From Eledone cirrhosa (lineage: Eukaryota): a DNA stretch of 64,000 bases. The stretch is from the NCBI GenBank assembly GCA_964016885.1, contig OZ024740.1, forward strand, positions 309,876,001-309,940,000. The letters run 5' to 3'. Shown in pieces: positions 1-12,610 of this stretch (position 1 is its first letter; every line of letters begins with the position of its first letter). Position numbers and translations under genes: made by a program. A model generated the notes under the pieces. That model was given only the letters and a program-made list of their open reading frames with translations. It did no database searches and had not been told where the DNA came from.

Positions 1-177
1 TTCGGAATGTTTTTTACTGTTGTTTCATGTAAACAAACATTTGTCTCATTCTGACGTCACCAGCCCTGTTTTTACACATGTGCGTTTATTTTAATAAGCA
101 CGCATGATGTTAAACTAGCCTGATTTTTAAATTCCCTTTTTGGCATATTACCAGTGAAACCTTGGTTACCAAGTTGA

Positions 178-259
178 GCTCTGCTGAGGAACGAAATCCA
201 ACCGTGACCATCTCCACTGAAAGTTTTCGTGAAATAGTCTTTTCAAGACTATACCGAGC
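178..259 (+). ncRNA. Type I hammerhead ribozyme motif
   Basis: gctctg-CTGAGGA-acgaaa..tttcgt-GAAA-tagtc(ttttcaa)gacta-TA-ccgagc. Intact core, 6-bp stem II, full stem III, stem I with one mismatch. Predicted cleavage after AUA at 253. Confidence 0.8.
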
Positions 260-510
260 ATTTGAAGTTGTCCCAAATTGAAGGTTGAGTACTTTAGACT
301 TTGTTTTATCATGAGTTAAAGCTCTATTGATTTTTCCCTGGATTTCTCTAAATTCTATTGGATAAATCTATATCCTGATTCCTTTTGAATTGAGTCTGAA
401 TTATTTTTCCCATATCTTATGTTAACTATTTCCCATTTTGACGCTATAGTCGCATATATGTTATGGAATACTGTTAGCTTCTCGCTACAACAATTTCTAT
501 ACTTTTCATT

Positions 511-543
<33 letters not shown>

Positions 544-845
544 GATAACAATATATTTTTAAAGATAATCCGATAAGAGGTTGTGAAAACTACTTATCAT
601 GGATAGCTTAAGCGTACGGCGTCGTGTGGCATAACAAGAGGTTTACGTGGATGACGAGTTTATGACTTCACTTGTAAGTGTATCTTGGAGTAATAAAATT
701 GAAAAAGTGAAGAATAACATGGTCAACAGTACAAACAAGGACATTTATTTACAGTCTAACAATTGTTTTTATGATAGAGTTGTCTATAAATTGCTAAACA
801 CTGAAGGCAGTGGCACTCAATTTAAAATACATGCGGCAGAGAGAT

Positions 846-1467
846 GTCACAGCGTATTTAGTGTAGTGAATCAGTGGTATCTGAGGGACGAGCTGCCAGA
901 AAGTGCAGCCCGAAAACCACTCAAAGAAGTGTGCTCAACCAAACCGAGAGAGAGGAAATACTGTTATAAGGAGCGAAATATCAAGATAAATTAACGGAGC
1001 CATAGACTCTCGTTATTCCCTGTCAATAATGTGCTCAAAGAAAAAGGAATCCTGAGCTCTTTAAAATACAATATGTTGAAAAGTAAACACACTAGAGAGA
1101 GAGAGAGTGCGCCATCAATAAAACAGGGAAAACCACCAGTGTATGTAGTCTATAATCTATGGAAGGCAGGGTAGACACAAAATAATAAAAAATATAAATT
1201 AAAATGTATGAACGTACCTCTATAACTATATAACACAGGCGTACAAATCCAAAGAGATCTGTTTCGCCAGGAAGTTGTTGACTGAAATGGAATAGCCTAT
1301 GGTTCGTCAGCGCGTGCAAGACTATACATTCCAGATAACTCTAAGAGAATCTAAAGCGACTGTCCAGCTACACGTGGGAGACTGAAGTCACAGCGTGTTT
1401 AGGGCAGTGAACCAGTGGTATCTGAGGGACGAGCTGCGAGAAAGGGCAGCCCCAAAACCAATCAAAG
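846..1467 (-). mobile_element. Retrozyme-like non-coding repeat, copy 1 (~542-bp unit plus ~80-bp terminal direct repeat)
   Basis: 846-927 recurs at 1388-1467. Contains an HHR on the minus strand. Homologous to 36924-37526. No credible ORF. Confidence 0.65.
1234..1316 (-). ncRNA. Type I hammerhead ribozyme motif
   Basis: Minus strand: cacgcg-CTGACGA-acca..tggc-GAAA-cagatc(tctttg)gatttg-TA-cgcctgtg. GUA cleavage triplet. Confidence 0.75.
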
Positions 1468-1875
1468 TTCTTTTTTATATTTGCCTTTAAAATAGGGGGA
1501 GGGGGCTAAGGTTGTTTTTTCATATATGAGTGAAGTTTGGTTGGTTGATACAGTCACGTGAATAAGCACATCAGCTTTCGCACTAGTTTGTGTTTGAATT
1601 TCTTTTTACCTAAAAACAAGTGACTCACGAAGGCTTTTTTTATAAATGTAATTTGATTGGTTATAAATGAAATTATGACTGTCATGCGAACAAGTACATT
1701 AAATTTCGCGCCCTTATTTTTTGAATTTTCTTTTAGCCATTTAGAGAATTTTGTGCCAAACAAAAGATAATGGTCAAGAAAAACTTGATGGGGAGAATTG
1801 TTCTGGTTCAGTGAGTAAGGCAGGTGTGCTGGGGTGTCAAAATTCACACTTTCTATTGAAATAAAGAAAGTAGAG

Positions 1876-2420
1876 ATATGTATGTTTATTTGTGTGTATG
1901 TACACATACATCGGGTAGGCTTTGTTTGTATATTTATGTGCGTGTACATATACATATGTGTAGATATATATACATGTCTGTATGTATGTGTGTATGTGTG
2001 TTTGTGTCTTTGGAAGTGTGTCTGTCCTTGTTGCCTATCAATAAGGACAGGCGTGTATGTGTGTGTGTCTTGTATATATCTGTGCGTGCTTGTGTATATG
2101 TGCAGATGTACGCGAACGCTGATATGTGTCCTTGTATGCGTGTACGTGTGTGTCTGCGCGTGTGCGCGTGTGCGTGCGTGTGAGACCGGATGTATGGGGG
2201 TATATAGGCAGGCGCCAGTAGACGTGTGTTGGTGTGTATATGGGTGTGGGTGTGTGTGGGTGTGTGTAAGAGAGTGAGTGTGTGTGTATATGTATATGGG
2301 TGTGTGTGTCTACACATGTGTGCGTACATATGTGTATGCATATATATGTATGTGTCTGCGTGTGTGTGTATGTGTATGTGTATTTATATGTGTGTGTGTG
2401 TATATGTGGGTATATATTCG
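1876..2420. repeat. Degenerate (TG/TA)n microsatellite region
   Basis: Mixed GT/AT/GC dinucleotide runs; source of the spurious V/C/Y and H/T-rich ORFs. Confidence 0.9.
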
Positions 2421-2642
2421 CGAGTGTGAGCGGACTTGTGAGATACCAAACCCAGCATAAGTCCATTGAAGTGTGACGGACGGAGAGTAGCTGATGACCA
2501 GCGTGGCAGCAAATATTGACCAGAATGTATGATGACGTAGAAAAACAACAGTCAATGGCAAGACAAGGGTGGAAGATGTTTTTTGAAGGTGTTTTTTGAA
2601 GCTAACACCCTAGTGAGAATATTTGCTCCGAAAGCATTGAAT

Positions 2643-2730
2643 GTGTCCGAAGAACCCGCAGTTATAGAATCAGGCAGATCCATACAATGATCATGTCTCG
2701 AGCTATCTGCCGGCGAAACAATTGTAACAC
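2643..2730 (+). ncRNA. Minimal type I hammerhead motif (CCGA core variant)
   Basis: gtgt-CCGAAGA-acccgcag..ctgccggc-GAAA-caattg-TA-acac. Palindromic stem III ACAATTGT. Confidence 0.65.
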
Positions 2731-2861
2731 GCAATAAACTAAGTCTAGATGCATCACTAATTTTTCGTTTTTTATATTATATCACACTCTGCTCTGTAAG
2801 AATATAGAGTGCTGAAATGGCATACCGCCTATGGAAGCACCATAGCAACCATTAAACACAC

Positions 2862-3034
<173 letters not shown>

Positions 3035-4361
3035 TGCATTTATAAATAAAACATCGACTTCGCTTTTCATCTTGCCAGTGCCGTACTGGTCAAATTCTCG
3101 ACCAGGTAAAATCAACAATAATCAATAAAATAACTGAGAGGAGATCCTATTAAAAGAGAAGTGCATATATGAATATAGTCGCTCGATTTAAAATGTGGAA
3201 TATTGCTTACTTGTTTTGAATGCATCCTCGGGGCATATGATATTATGTCAAAGAAACGATCACAGATATGTTTAAATTAATTTCCTGAATGATTACTCTG
3301 TTATGTCTAATAAACTATCATTTGTTCTTTCGATGTACTTGAAAGCTTTTACTTCCTAGATGTCGCTCTATAATACCTTATGAATTTATTACATTAGTCA
3401 AATAGACTTCATGAGGAAATACAGTGGCATATTGTTTCGTATCTCTCGTGGATGAAAGAGCGGTGGAAGGAGAGAATGATTTCTTATAGCGGAGCCATGA
3501 CCCGAATATTTGGAACAGAGTACACTCCACTAAAAATAACATAGCACCATGTGGTTTTATTAAGTTTACAACAAAGGAGGTGACTGAGTGGTTTGATTAA
3601 GAAAGCAAGTATTTTAAACACATATCAAAAGTCATGCTGACCGACACAGTAACAATTTCGCTAGCCTAATGCGCGTAATTTGTGTTTGTCGAAGATTGAA
3701 ACTATTTCCCCGACTCATTTGAATTATTATAATTACGCATCAAAGTTAGAAAGTAATGAAGTGAGTACACCTGTGATATAAATCAATGTGATACTAAATA
3801 TATAAATGCACAAATAGAAAAAACTTGCTGCAACTAGGAATTGGTTATATGGTCTACAACTATTTTCAAATATTTTCCACATTACGCAATTTCTCAGCAA
3901 ACATATTCATCTCTGCAATTAAATAATTGCATGCTTGTTATCTAAAAAAATGCATCTGAATTAAATAACATATTTCTATATCGCTAAATGTCAATTATTG
4001 CATTCGCGTTCAATACATTTTGTGAATAAGCAAATGTAAGTAACTTATAAATATAGAATAATGTTTTGCAATCAAACGACTTGAAATAAGTTCTAATTTT
4101 AATAAGAAAGGGTATATAAAGTATACATATTTTAGTTATTTTTTTGTGATGTGAAATGCCAATATCTGTGATAATAATTTCATTATTACATATCTGTATT
4201 CTATAATAGAACAATGGCTATAATACAATCCAGCAGAAAACAGTTTAGGTTTGGTTTCAGTAAGTGATAGAAGATTGTGGATATTACAAAGGCGTGTGTT
4301 TGATAATTCTGAGAATATTATTGTAAGCTAATTTACATTCAATATTTTTCATTGCCATGAG

Positions 4362-4577
4362 GGCGGTGGATTGGCAGTATCGGTAGAGAGTTGGACGCCA
4401 TGCTTTGCAGCAAAGAGTTACGGCCCTTTATGATCTGAGTTCAAATCCCGCCGAGGTTAACTTTGCCTTTCATCCCCCGGGGTCGATAAAATAAAATATC
4501 AGTCACGCAGTGGGGTCGATTTAATCGACTTTCCTCACCCCCAAAATCACTGGCCTTATGCCTATATAAGAAACCAA
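4362..4577 (+). mobile_element. tRNA-derived SINE, family A (full length)
   Basis: A-box-like TGGCAGTATCGG and B-box GTTCAAATCC, body aactttgcctttcatcc..ggggtcgataaaataaa. Many copies in the window. Confidence 0.8.
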
Positions 4578-4800
4578 TATTTTTCATTGCCATATGCGCA
4601 AAACAATTTAACAAAGAAGGGTACTCTTATTCATAGCAAGAGAGATGTATATAAATAGGATTCAATAAATTATCAGTGTGTAGATAATTGAAAGCCGTTC
4701 ATCCCAAATTTAAAATTATACCCACTATATATATTACACACACACACACATACACACACACACGCACACACACACACATACACACATACATATATATAAA

Positions 4801-4968
4801 TAATTGTTTTTACTTTTGGCACAAGGCCAGCAATTATCCCAGTGCATTACTGGTAGTTTATTTTATTGATCCGGTAAGGATGAAAGACAAAGTTAATCTC
4901 GATGGGATTTGAACCCATACCGTAAAGGGCCGTAAAGGGCCGTAAAGGGCCGTAACTCTATGCTGCAA
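4801..4968 (-). mobile_element. SINE family A, 5'-truncated, with a tandem (CGTAAAGGGC)x3
   Basis: Reverse complement of the 4362 and 12422 copies. Confidence 0.75.
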
Positions 4969-5600
4969 AGTATATATACAAATAATGACGAATCAGTTTA
5001 TTTGATTCTTGCATCATTGTATTGAATACTTTATTACTGTCATACATATATTTCAGTGGTACCTATTATATAATACATACAACCTTGTCAGAGGGCTACT
5101 CTGTAATCATTTGTTCGATGTGCGGGTTTTGTTACTAACTAAAGCATACAATACTTTTATTATTCTCTGGCAATCTACCGACCAGGCATATATTATTGAT
5201 GACTTTTAATATGACTCTCTAGCTAGCCCCACTTAGTGGAATGTGTTCATTGAATTCTATTGTTTGATTTTTACCCATTACCTGGGTCATTCCATTTTTA
5301 GTTAAAGGTTAATATGACCCCATAAAGTAGCTGTTTTAGAGATAGTGGTAGTGCAGTATGATGTCGGCAGTTCCAAGAACGTTCAATATTTTAAGTATCT
5401 GTAGTTGTAAGAATTCGCTTTTCAAGTTGGAGGTTGTTTTCATCAAATTTGATTGATTTTAAGGTTCCTTGTGTGGGATGGTCTGACAACAAAACCAGGA
5501 ATAACAAACATCAAACAACTATCACTGGCTGCCATTTAAAAAAACATTACCATTACTTTTGTTTCATGTGTTAGAAAATAACTTATGAGAAGTGTTATGC

Positions 5601-5656
5601 AGTAGTAGTAGTAGTAGAAGCGGTAGTTGTATTATTATTATTATTATTATTATTAC

Positions 5657-5717
<61 letters not shown>
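5601..5717. repeat. (AGT)n/(ATT)n microsatellite on the 5' flank of the LINE
   Basis: Read directly from the sequence. Confidence 0.95.
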
Positions 5718-5930
5718 GGCGACCTACCTAGTAAATCGTATCATCGTGAGCTCCGCAAAGGTTTGTTATTTCCGTTTGTTAAAAATTGCCATTTATGGAA
5801 AATTTTATTGTTAACTGCTTATAAGCGCACATACATTGTTTTCCGAAAAGGACACCCAAAAAGATTGGGGCCTTGTGCCCAAAATTTAAACATATATAAT
5901 TATCAAAAAAAATTTCTTTGAAAAAAAAAC

Positions 5931-7830
5931 ATGGAAGTCTCACAGCCACACGAAGCTGACAGCCTTCCTCATAAACTAACACCTCACACCGACACCACCA
6001 TTGTAAATATTACTACGTTTGCCAACACTAAAAATTTAATCAGTAGCAATATTTTAAATTTGTCTCAGGCAGACATTCATTTCCCGCCATTACCAATGAC
6101 TGCAGGTGTTAAAGCCGCCACCACCACCACCACCACCGCGACAACCACCACCCCCACCACCACCGCGACAACAGAAACAAAAGGAAAAAATAAATCAACT
6201 CGTGATGTCGAAATGTTTTCAACTAAAATGGACTCTTCCACACCGAACACCACTGACGTCACCAACACCACAACTGAAACTAAAATTAATAATAACAAAA
6301 ATAACGATAACAACAACAGCAACAATGACATTAAAAAACCACCCTGAGTTTTGCCAGAGTAGCAAAACAGTGCGAAGCATTTACGGTAACTCAGGAGGAA
6401 TTAGAAAATGCCAAAAAAATGGCAAAGAAAGATGGGTACAGAGTCAGCCTCCCCCCACCTAATAAAATGGAGCATCGGCGCCTATGCACCGTGTCGTATC
6501 GAACAATTAATGTAAAATCGCGCCGAGTAGAACGGGCATCGCATCCGAGTCCCAAATCCAAAAAGCTTTGGGACATGTGTGGGCAAGAAAAACCCACATC
6601 AGACGTGGGCAGAGGTATGGAACCGTGGACGTGTTCTTTGAAACACCAGAGGAGGCTAGAGAACACTCCATGGCCCCATTAAGAAGTGACGACTTCACAC
6701 TCGTCCCAAGCTATTGTGGCCAGAGACTCGTAAAGATCAGGGTGACCCACGTTCCACCGGCCATCGAAATTCCCTGGCTAATAGCGGCCGTCCTCGCCGG
6801 CATCGAAGCCAACACCAAGATAATAGCAATAGCAAAAGAAAAGCAGGAGAACTGGTCCGGATCTGGGATGGAGCTCCTAATCCAAGCGGACCAAAAAAGC
6901 ATTGAGGAGATCCCAGAGATAATAGACCTCACTGACGGCAGCCACCTCACCGTAATTGTCGAGGGCAGAAAGCCTAGGTGTGTCGTTTGTGGTGAAGGAA
7001 CCGACCTAAGGGCTTTCTGCCCTCAGGCTAAAAGGTTGAGGCCACCTCTCCTACACACCCCAGTGACTCAACCATAAACACCACCAGTAGCAGAGATGGC
7101 AGCAACAACTGTAGCAGCAACAACAGAAGCCACTATAACAGCAACAACCCCAGCAACAGTAGCAAAACCAACACCACCACCACCAGCAAAACCAATACCA
7201 CCACCACCCAACGCTTCAGAACTAGCACCAGCGCCTACACCATCCACCACGCCACAACCAAAACTAACGCCTGTGGAGGATTTTCCACTCCCCGGCCTAT
7301 CACAACTGGAGACAGATTGTGACGACGAGGAGTGGGAAACGGTATCAGGAAAAAAGATAAAAAGAAGCCAAAAAAGAAAAAATTCTCTTCCTTCCCCCTC
7401 CAAAAACAAAATACAGATGGAAATAAATAAATTAACAAACAAAAAAGTTAGGACAGATATGCCACCATCCACACCAGCATCACCAACCCGATCACCCCAA
7501 ACAGCAACACCATCACCATCATTAACCCCAACACCACCATCACCTACACCACAAAAGTCACCAAAATGCGAAACAGAAACAAACCCACAACAAACGCAAA
7601 CAAAACAAAACAACCAAAACGATACACACTACACAGCATTAAATTTGAACAACAACCAATTATTACACTACATCCAACGCAACACCAGCATCACAGAAAA
7701 ATTCTACACAACAACCCAAAAATTTACACCGCCTCCACACATACAAATCACTCGCATCACACGGAAAACGTACATAACACTAAAACAAAAATTCCCAAAG
7801 GACATCGGAGACTTCCGACAAGCACTCTCC
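5931..7830 (+). pseudogene. LINE ORF1 (gag-like), frameshifted
   Basis: Fragments 5931-6347, 6568-7077 (RRM-like TVDVFF segment, CVVCGEGTDLRAFC knuckle) and a Pro/Thr-rich tail from 7096. Confidence 0.7.
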
Positions 7831-7849
7831 AGGAGGATTTATAAGGACA

Positions 7850-10800
7850 TCCTTCGCATCGATCTTCGGCGGCTACGATGTGTACGCATCTCCCAGCCGT
7901 CCGGGATCGGGGGGAGAGTTGCTGTGCTTTTTCGGAGAGGTTTGGATCTCGCCATACGGGCCATCTTCCTGGACCCAGAAGGTAAGTTGGTGGTGCTGGA
8001 CGTGACCAGCGGAGGCGGGCAAGCTTTCAGGTTAGTGGCCGTCTATGCCCCGACAGGAGCAGGGCGGCCTGATTTCTTCCGGCGTCTGGAGACCTTTCTT
8101 GGAACGTCCCGCTCTTTAGTGTTAGTGGGCGACTGGAACGGGATCTTAGATGCACGCTGGGATTGTGTGGGATTAGTGGATAGGGAAGGAGGGTGCAATA
8201 GTCTCACCAACCTGCTCAGGCGTTTTGAACTGTCTGACAGGTACCGAATGGATTTCCCGAATGTACCAGTGTGGACTTGGACAAATCGCATAGGGTCATC
8301 CAGATCATATCTAGATAGAGTATTTTGTAGGGAAATAGATAGGTCTAGCATAGGCTGTCCACAATTCAAGATAGTCAGCTACACGGACCACAAATTCGTG
8401 ATCTGTGTGCTTGACTTAGATAGGCTTCATAGACGAGGACCCGACTACTGGAAGCTAAACGCGTCCTTACCAGCGCGCAAGGCCTACAGAGACCGGATTA
8501 GCGAACTAGTTAAGCGGGCGTTGACGGGGGACATCGTCAACAACAAGTGGTGGTTTGCTCTGAAAAGAGCAATTAGAATAGAGTCCATTAGGTTTAGTAA
8601 GGCTTTAGCAATAGAGAAAAATAGAGCAGAGGGAGAATTAGTTAGAAAATTAGACGGGGCGCTTAGCAAAGGCATCGTGACCGACGTACTTGCGGCGAAA
8701 TTGGCCCTTGACCAATTCTTCAATGCAAAGCACGAAGGCTGCGTTGTCAGAGCTAGGGTGCGTGCTCTCAGACACGAGGGGACGAAAGCCGTTCAATGGG
8801 CCCGAGTGGCGGAGGCGCGTCGTGGCAACAAAGCCAAGATCCGGTCTTTGGTGGACCACGACGGGCGCATGCTACTCGATCCCGGGCAAATGTGTGAAGC
8901 TTTTCAGCGACACTTCGCTCAACTGTTCGGGGGCAGTGGCGGGCCGGACCGAGGGATGGACTTTAGTGTCTACCTCGACGGACTGCCGTGGCTCTCGGCC
9001 ACTGAGGCGGAGTGTTGCGAAAAGCCGATAACAACCGCTGAAGTACGGGAGGCAATGACTGGCTGCACAAGGGGTAAATCGCCTGGTTTGGATGGTCTGC
9101 CCTATGAACTTTACGTACAAATGCCAGACTTGTTCGGAGGCCTCTTGGCGGACGTCTACTGCAACTGGCAACAGAACGGGAGAATTCCCAGCTCTGTGAG
9201 CCGAGGAGCGGTGGCGCTGCTGAGAAATGATCCGAACAAGGGGGATAACATAGATAATTTTAGGCCCATAACTCTGCTAAACACAGAGTTCAAGATTTTG
9301 GCCGAGGTGCTAAGCAAAGAGGATGGCGCTTGTCGTTGGTGGTATAGTGGGAGAGGCACAGACATGCGCCATTCCCGACAGATCCATCCACGACAACCTC
9401 CACCTCATGCGATACATCGTAGAGAGGGTAGCTAGGGAACCTGGCACGGGTGGGTCTTTGATCAATTTAGATCAGTAGAAAGCCTTCGATAGGGTCGACC
9501 ATCGTTACCTAGCGGCGGTCCTGGGGGCGGCTGGCTTTGGCCCGTCTTCAGAGGCTGGATCGCTGCCATGCACAGCGACATCTGCTCCGTAGTGAGAGTG
9601 AACGGTCACCTTTCGGAACCGTTCAACATCATGCGCTCGGTCCACCAAGGATATCCCCTCTCGTCCCTATTGTACGTATTGACTCTCGAGCCATTACTGC
9701 ACAAACTGGAGACGTTGAGGGGGTCCCGCGCGAACTAGGATGCGGAAGATCCGTGTCAGCATATGCGGACGATGTCACCGTAGTGGTGTCGAACGCCAAA
9801 CACATCGAGGCGATCGGCACTACACTAAGAGAATACGAAGCGGTGACGGGAGCAATGATCAACCAGGAAAAGTCAGTGGGCCTGCAGCTCGGCACCTGGA
9901 GAGGCAGGTCCATGCCGTCCAACAGCGTCGTCGGGCGCTGGACGGACGGACCGGTTAAATTTCTAGGGGTCTGGTTCAGTCCAGACCTCCAGACGGACAA
10001 AAACTGGGACGAGGTGACGAGCAGGGTGGCTTCTCTCACCCAGAAATGGGCCGAGAGGAAGCTATCCCTGAAAGGTCGAGCGGAGGTGGCTATCGCGTAC
10101 ATCGCGTCCGTCTTCTACTACCGCCTGACCGTCGTACCTTGTCCTAAGCCCCGCCTGACTGTGCTGGAGCGTTTGCTCTTTCGCTTCTTGTGGAAGGGAC
10201 GCGCTCCGATGGTCAGGCGGTCCATCTGCTGTCAACACCCGCTACGTGGAGGGCTGGGCATGCCGTGGCTGATGATGCGCAGGCACGCGTTCAGGCTACG
10301 ACATCTCCACCTCTTCCTCGACGGTGATCAGGTGTGGTCGCCGTTTGCTAGACACGTTTTCCCCCAGCTCGTCTCCTTGACGGAGCTGCAGTCCTGGGTC
10401 AAGCGAAGACCGAGAGGGAGCGCTTGGAGACTGGAATGTTTTCAGGCGCTCACAGCCCTCGACCAATCGGGCAATGTGATCGGTGGAAACTCCACCTTGG
10501 CGTTCTATAGGGGATTAGTGGAGGGGAAGAGCGACGACGTACTTGGAGAAACTCTAGGCGTCGACGAAAATCAACTAGCCAATCTCTTCGGAAGAACTTT
10601 CGGGCCGGGGCCTATGGACAACTTCCAGAAATCCCTGGCCTTGCAGTGCTACCGGGGAGCTTTGCCAGTTCGGGATAAACTCTACAGGCACGGAGGTGCC
10701 GTCAGCCGGGCATGTCCGAGATGCGCACAGGGCGACGAAACCGTCCTGCACGCACTCGTCCAGTGTCCGAGCATTGCTGACTTGTGGGTTTATGTCGAAC

Positions 10801-11122
10801 ACCTGCTGTCACGTGTAGGAAGGATCCAGCTATCAGCTGAGTCCATCGTGAGGATTTCCCCGCTCTCTTCCGGGAAGGGCAGGCAGTTTTTATCTGTCTG
10901 GTGGCCATGGCGAAAGAGGTAGTATGGTGGACACGTTTGAAAGGGCTGAAGACGAGCACTTACCTCTTCGGTGTTGCCCTGATTAACTTTTTCAAATTTC
11001 ATTTGAAAAGGAAAATCAGGGTAGAGAGGGAAGTGCTCTCTTCCCAGCATTTTGTTGAAAGATGGGTGAGAGAAGCAAGTATGGCCCGAGTGAATGAGCC
11101 TACTCTGAGTATGTGTCTGTAA
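7850..11122 (+). pseudogene. LINE ORF2 (APE endonuclease-reverse transcriptase), disrupted
   Basis: AVYAP, LVGDWN, YLDRVF, TDH (APE); KSPGLDGLPYELY, FRPITLLNTEFKI, AFDRVDH, YADD (RT); CPRC..ETVLHALVQC. Frameshifts near 9310, 9540 and 10860, stop at 9476. Confidence 0.9.
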
Positions 11123-11345
11123 ATTAAAGGTGGAAAACTGGGAGAGGGCACTTGCCCTGGTGGTCAGGGTCACTGTGGCCTTTTAATGGGCTTTCTCCAC
11201 AAATGTCCCTCGGAAGACTCCCCCCTATTTATTACATCCTCTGTTTTTTTTTACACGCAGAAATGCCCATTTGTACCGTCCTGTATTGTCCTGTACTGTC
11301 CTTAATGTCTACTTTATGTAAACCCTTGTGGTTAATAAAGAAAAC

Positions 11346-11413
11346 ATTATTATTATTATTATTATTATTATTAGTAGTAGTAGTAGTAGTAGTAGTAGTA
11401 GAAGTAGTAGTAG
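11346..11413. repeat. (ATT)n-(AGT)n microsatellite on the 3' flank of the LINE
   Basis: Read directly from the sequence. Confidence 0.95.
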
Positions 11414-11664
11414 CAGCATTCACATTAGCGTTGTTGTATTAATCGCAATTATGACATCAGTTGTTATTGATGTACCTTAGTATAAATTCATTCATAACTA
11501 TTAGAAATAAAGATAAAAATATGTAAGGATAAAACTGAAGATGAATGTGTGTGGCATATATAATAAGGAATAAAGGAAGTCGATACGTAGTATTTTTACT
11601 AGTTATATTTGTTTGAACTTATAGTGGTTAGACTTGTCTAAAGTCTGTCTCAAGCCAGAAAGCT

Positions 11665-11858
11665 CATTAGACCTGTGCTCATTCCGGTTTCGTGGCGTAA
11701 AGCGACTGATATTACGATACTTCCCCTGGAAAGTAGGCCAGTTCATTGCAGCTATTGCTGGTACGCAATTTTAGCTACAGGTTCAACACACAACTCAACC
11801 CAGGAATCGACCCCACGCCATTATGAGCGTAAGTCCCAAACCCTTACCAGTAGGCCAC
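11665..11858 (-). mobile_element. Degenerate tRNA-derived SINE (second family)
   Basis: Minus strand: gtggcctactggtaagg..ggtcgattcctgggttg, resembling A and B boxes. Confidence 0.5.
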
Positions 11859-12421
11859 TAATGTGTTGTCAAATAAAATACGTATACATTAGAATTCTCA
11901 ATCTGCATAATGTTGATATAAGTATATATGAGTATTACAGAAGTATTATATGTGAGAAGGTCCTATCAAAACGGTTTTATGAACATTGCCATTTGTTACC
12001 CCTTCGTTAATAGAGTGTGTTTAGTAACATATGTTAAGTAGTTGTTATTATTAGCAATTTTGGATTAATATCCACTTCCTAGTATACATTCTAGTGTAAC
12101 TTAGGGTGTGTATATTTAAGTCTATCGGGATTTGGTATACTATCATTTATATCTGTGTGGTTACTATTGTATGTAGAGTAACCCCGCTTAGTTGTATTTA
12201 TTACTTACTAGGGCTTCTCTTAAGTTGTACTTACCGTGAGTAATGCAAGCTATGTTTTAAGCGGGTAGGAGAATACGAGAACTCAATTGTCTGTCTATTA
12301 AATATACTCTATTACCTATACATCATAGGGAAATATCATTCTAATGCTCTAAAGTAAATATTAGATAGGCTGGTCCGAGGTCCTGCTGAATATAGTGGAT
12401 TATATCATATTATTTTTTTGT

Positions 12422-12610
12422 GTCGGTGGATTGGCAGTATCAGTAGAGGGTCGGACGCCATGCTTTCCAGCATAGTTACGTTCCTTTACGATCTGAGTTC
12501 AAATCCCGCCGAGGTTGACTTTGCCTTTCATCCTTACGGGGTCGATAAAATAAAGTACCAGTAATGCACTGGGTAATTGCTGGCCTTGTGCCTAAAGTAG
12601 AAACAATTAT
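12422..12610 (+). mobile_element. SINE family A
   Basis: High similarity to 4362-4577; GAGTTCAAATCCC B box. Confidence 0.8.

Larger units (their letters stand above)
5718..11345 (+). mobile_element. Tx1/L1-clade non-LTR retrotransposon, near full length, inactivated
   Basis: ORF1 with a degenerate zinc knuckle; ORF2 with APE, RT and C-terminal Cys/His motifs; AATAAA at 11334; (ATT)n on both flanks. Confidence 0.9.

Noticed and set aside
3079-3105. Possible 27-nt micro-exon (cag|...CAG|gtaaaa)
   Set aside because: Too short to distinguish from chance splice signals.
4362-4452. tRNA gene
   Set aside because: A and B boxes are present but there is no cloverleaf, and it is followed by a repeated SINE body.
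5330-5540. C-terminal remnant of an RLE-type LINE (VLGTADII on the minus strand)
   Set aside because: A single short motif is insufficient support.
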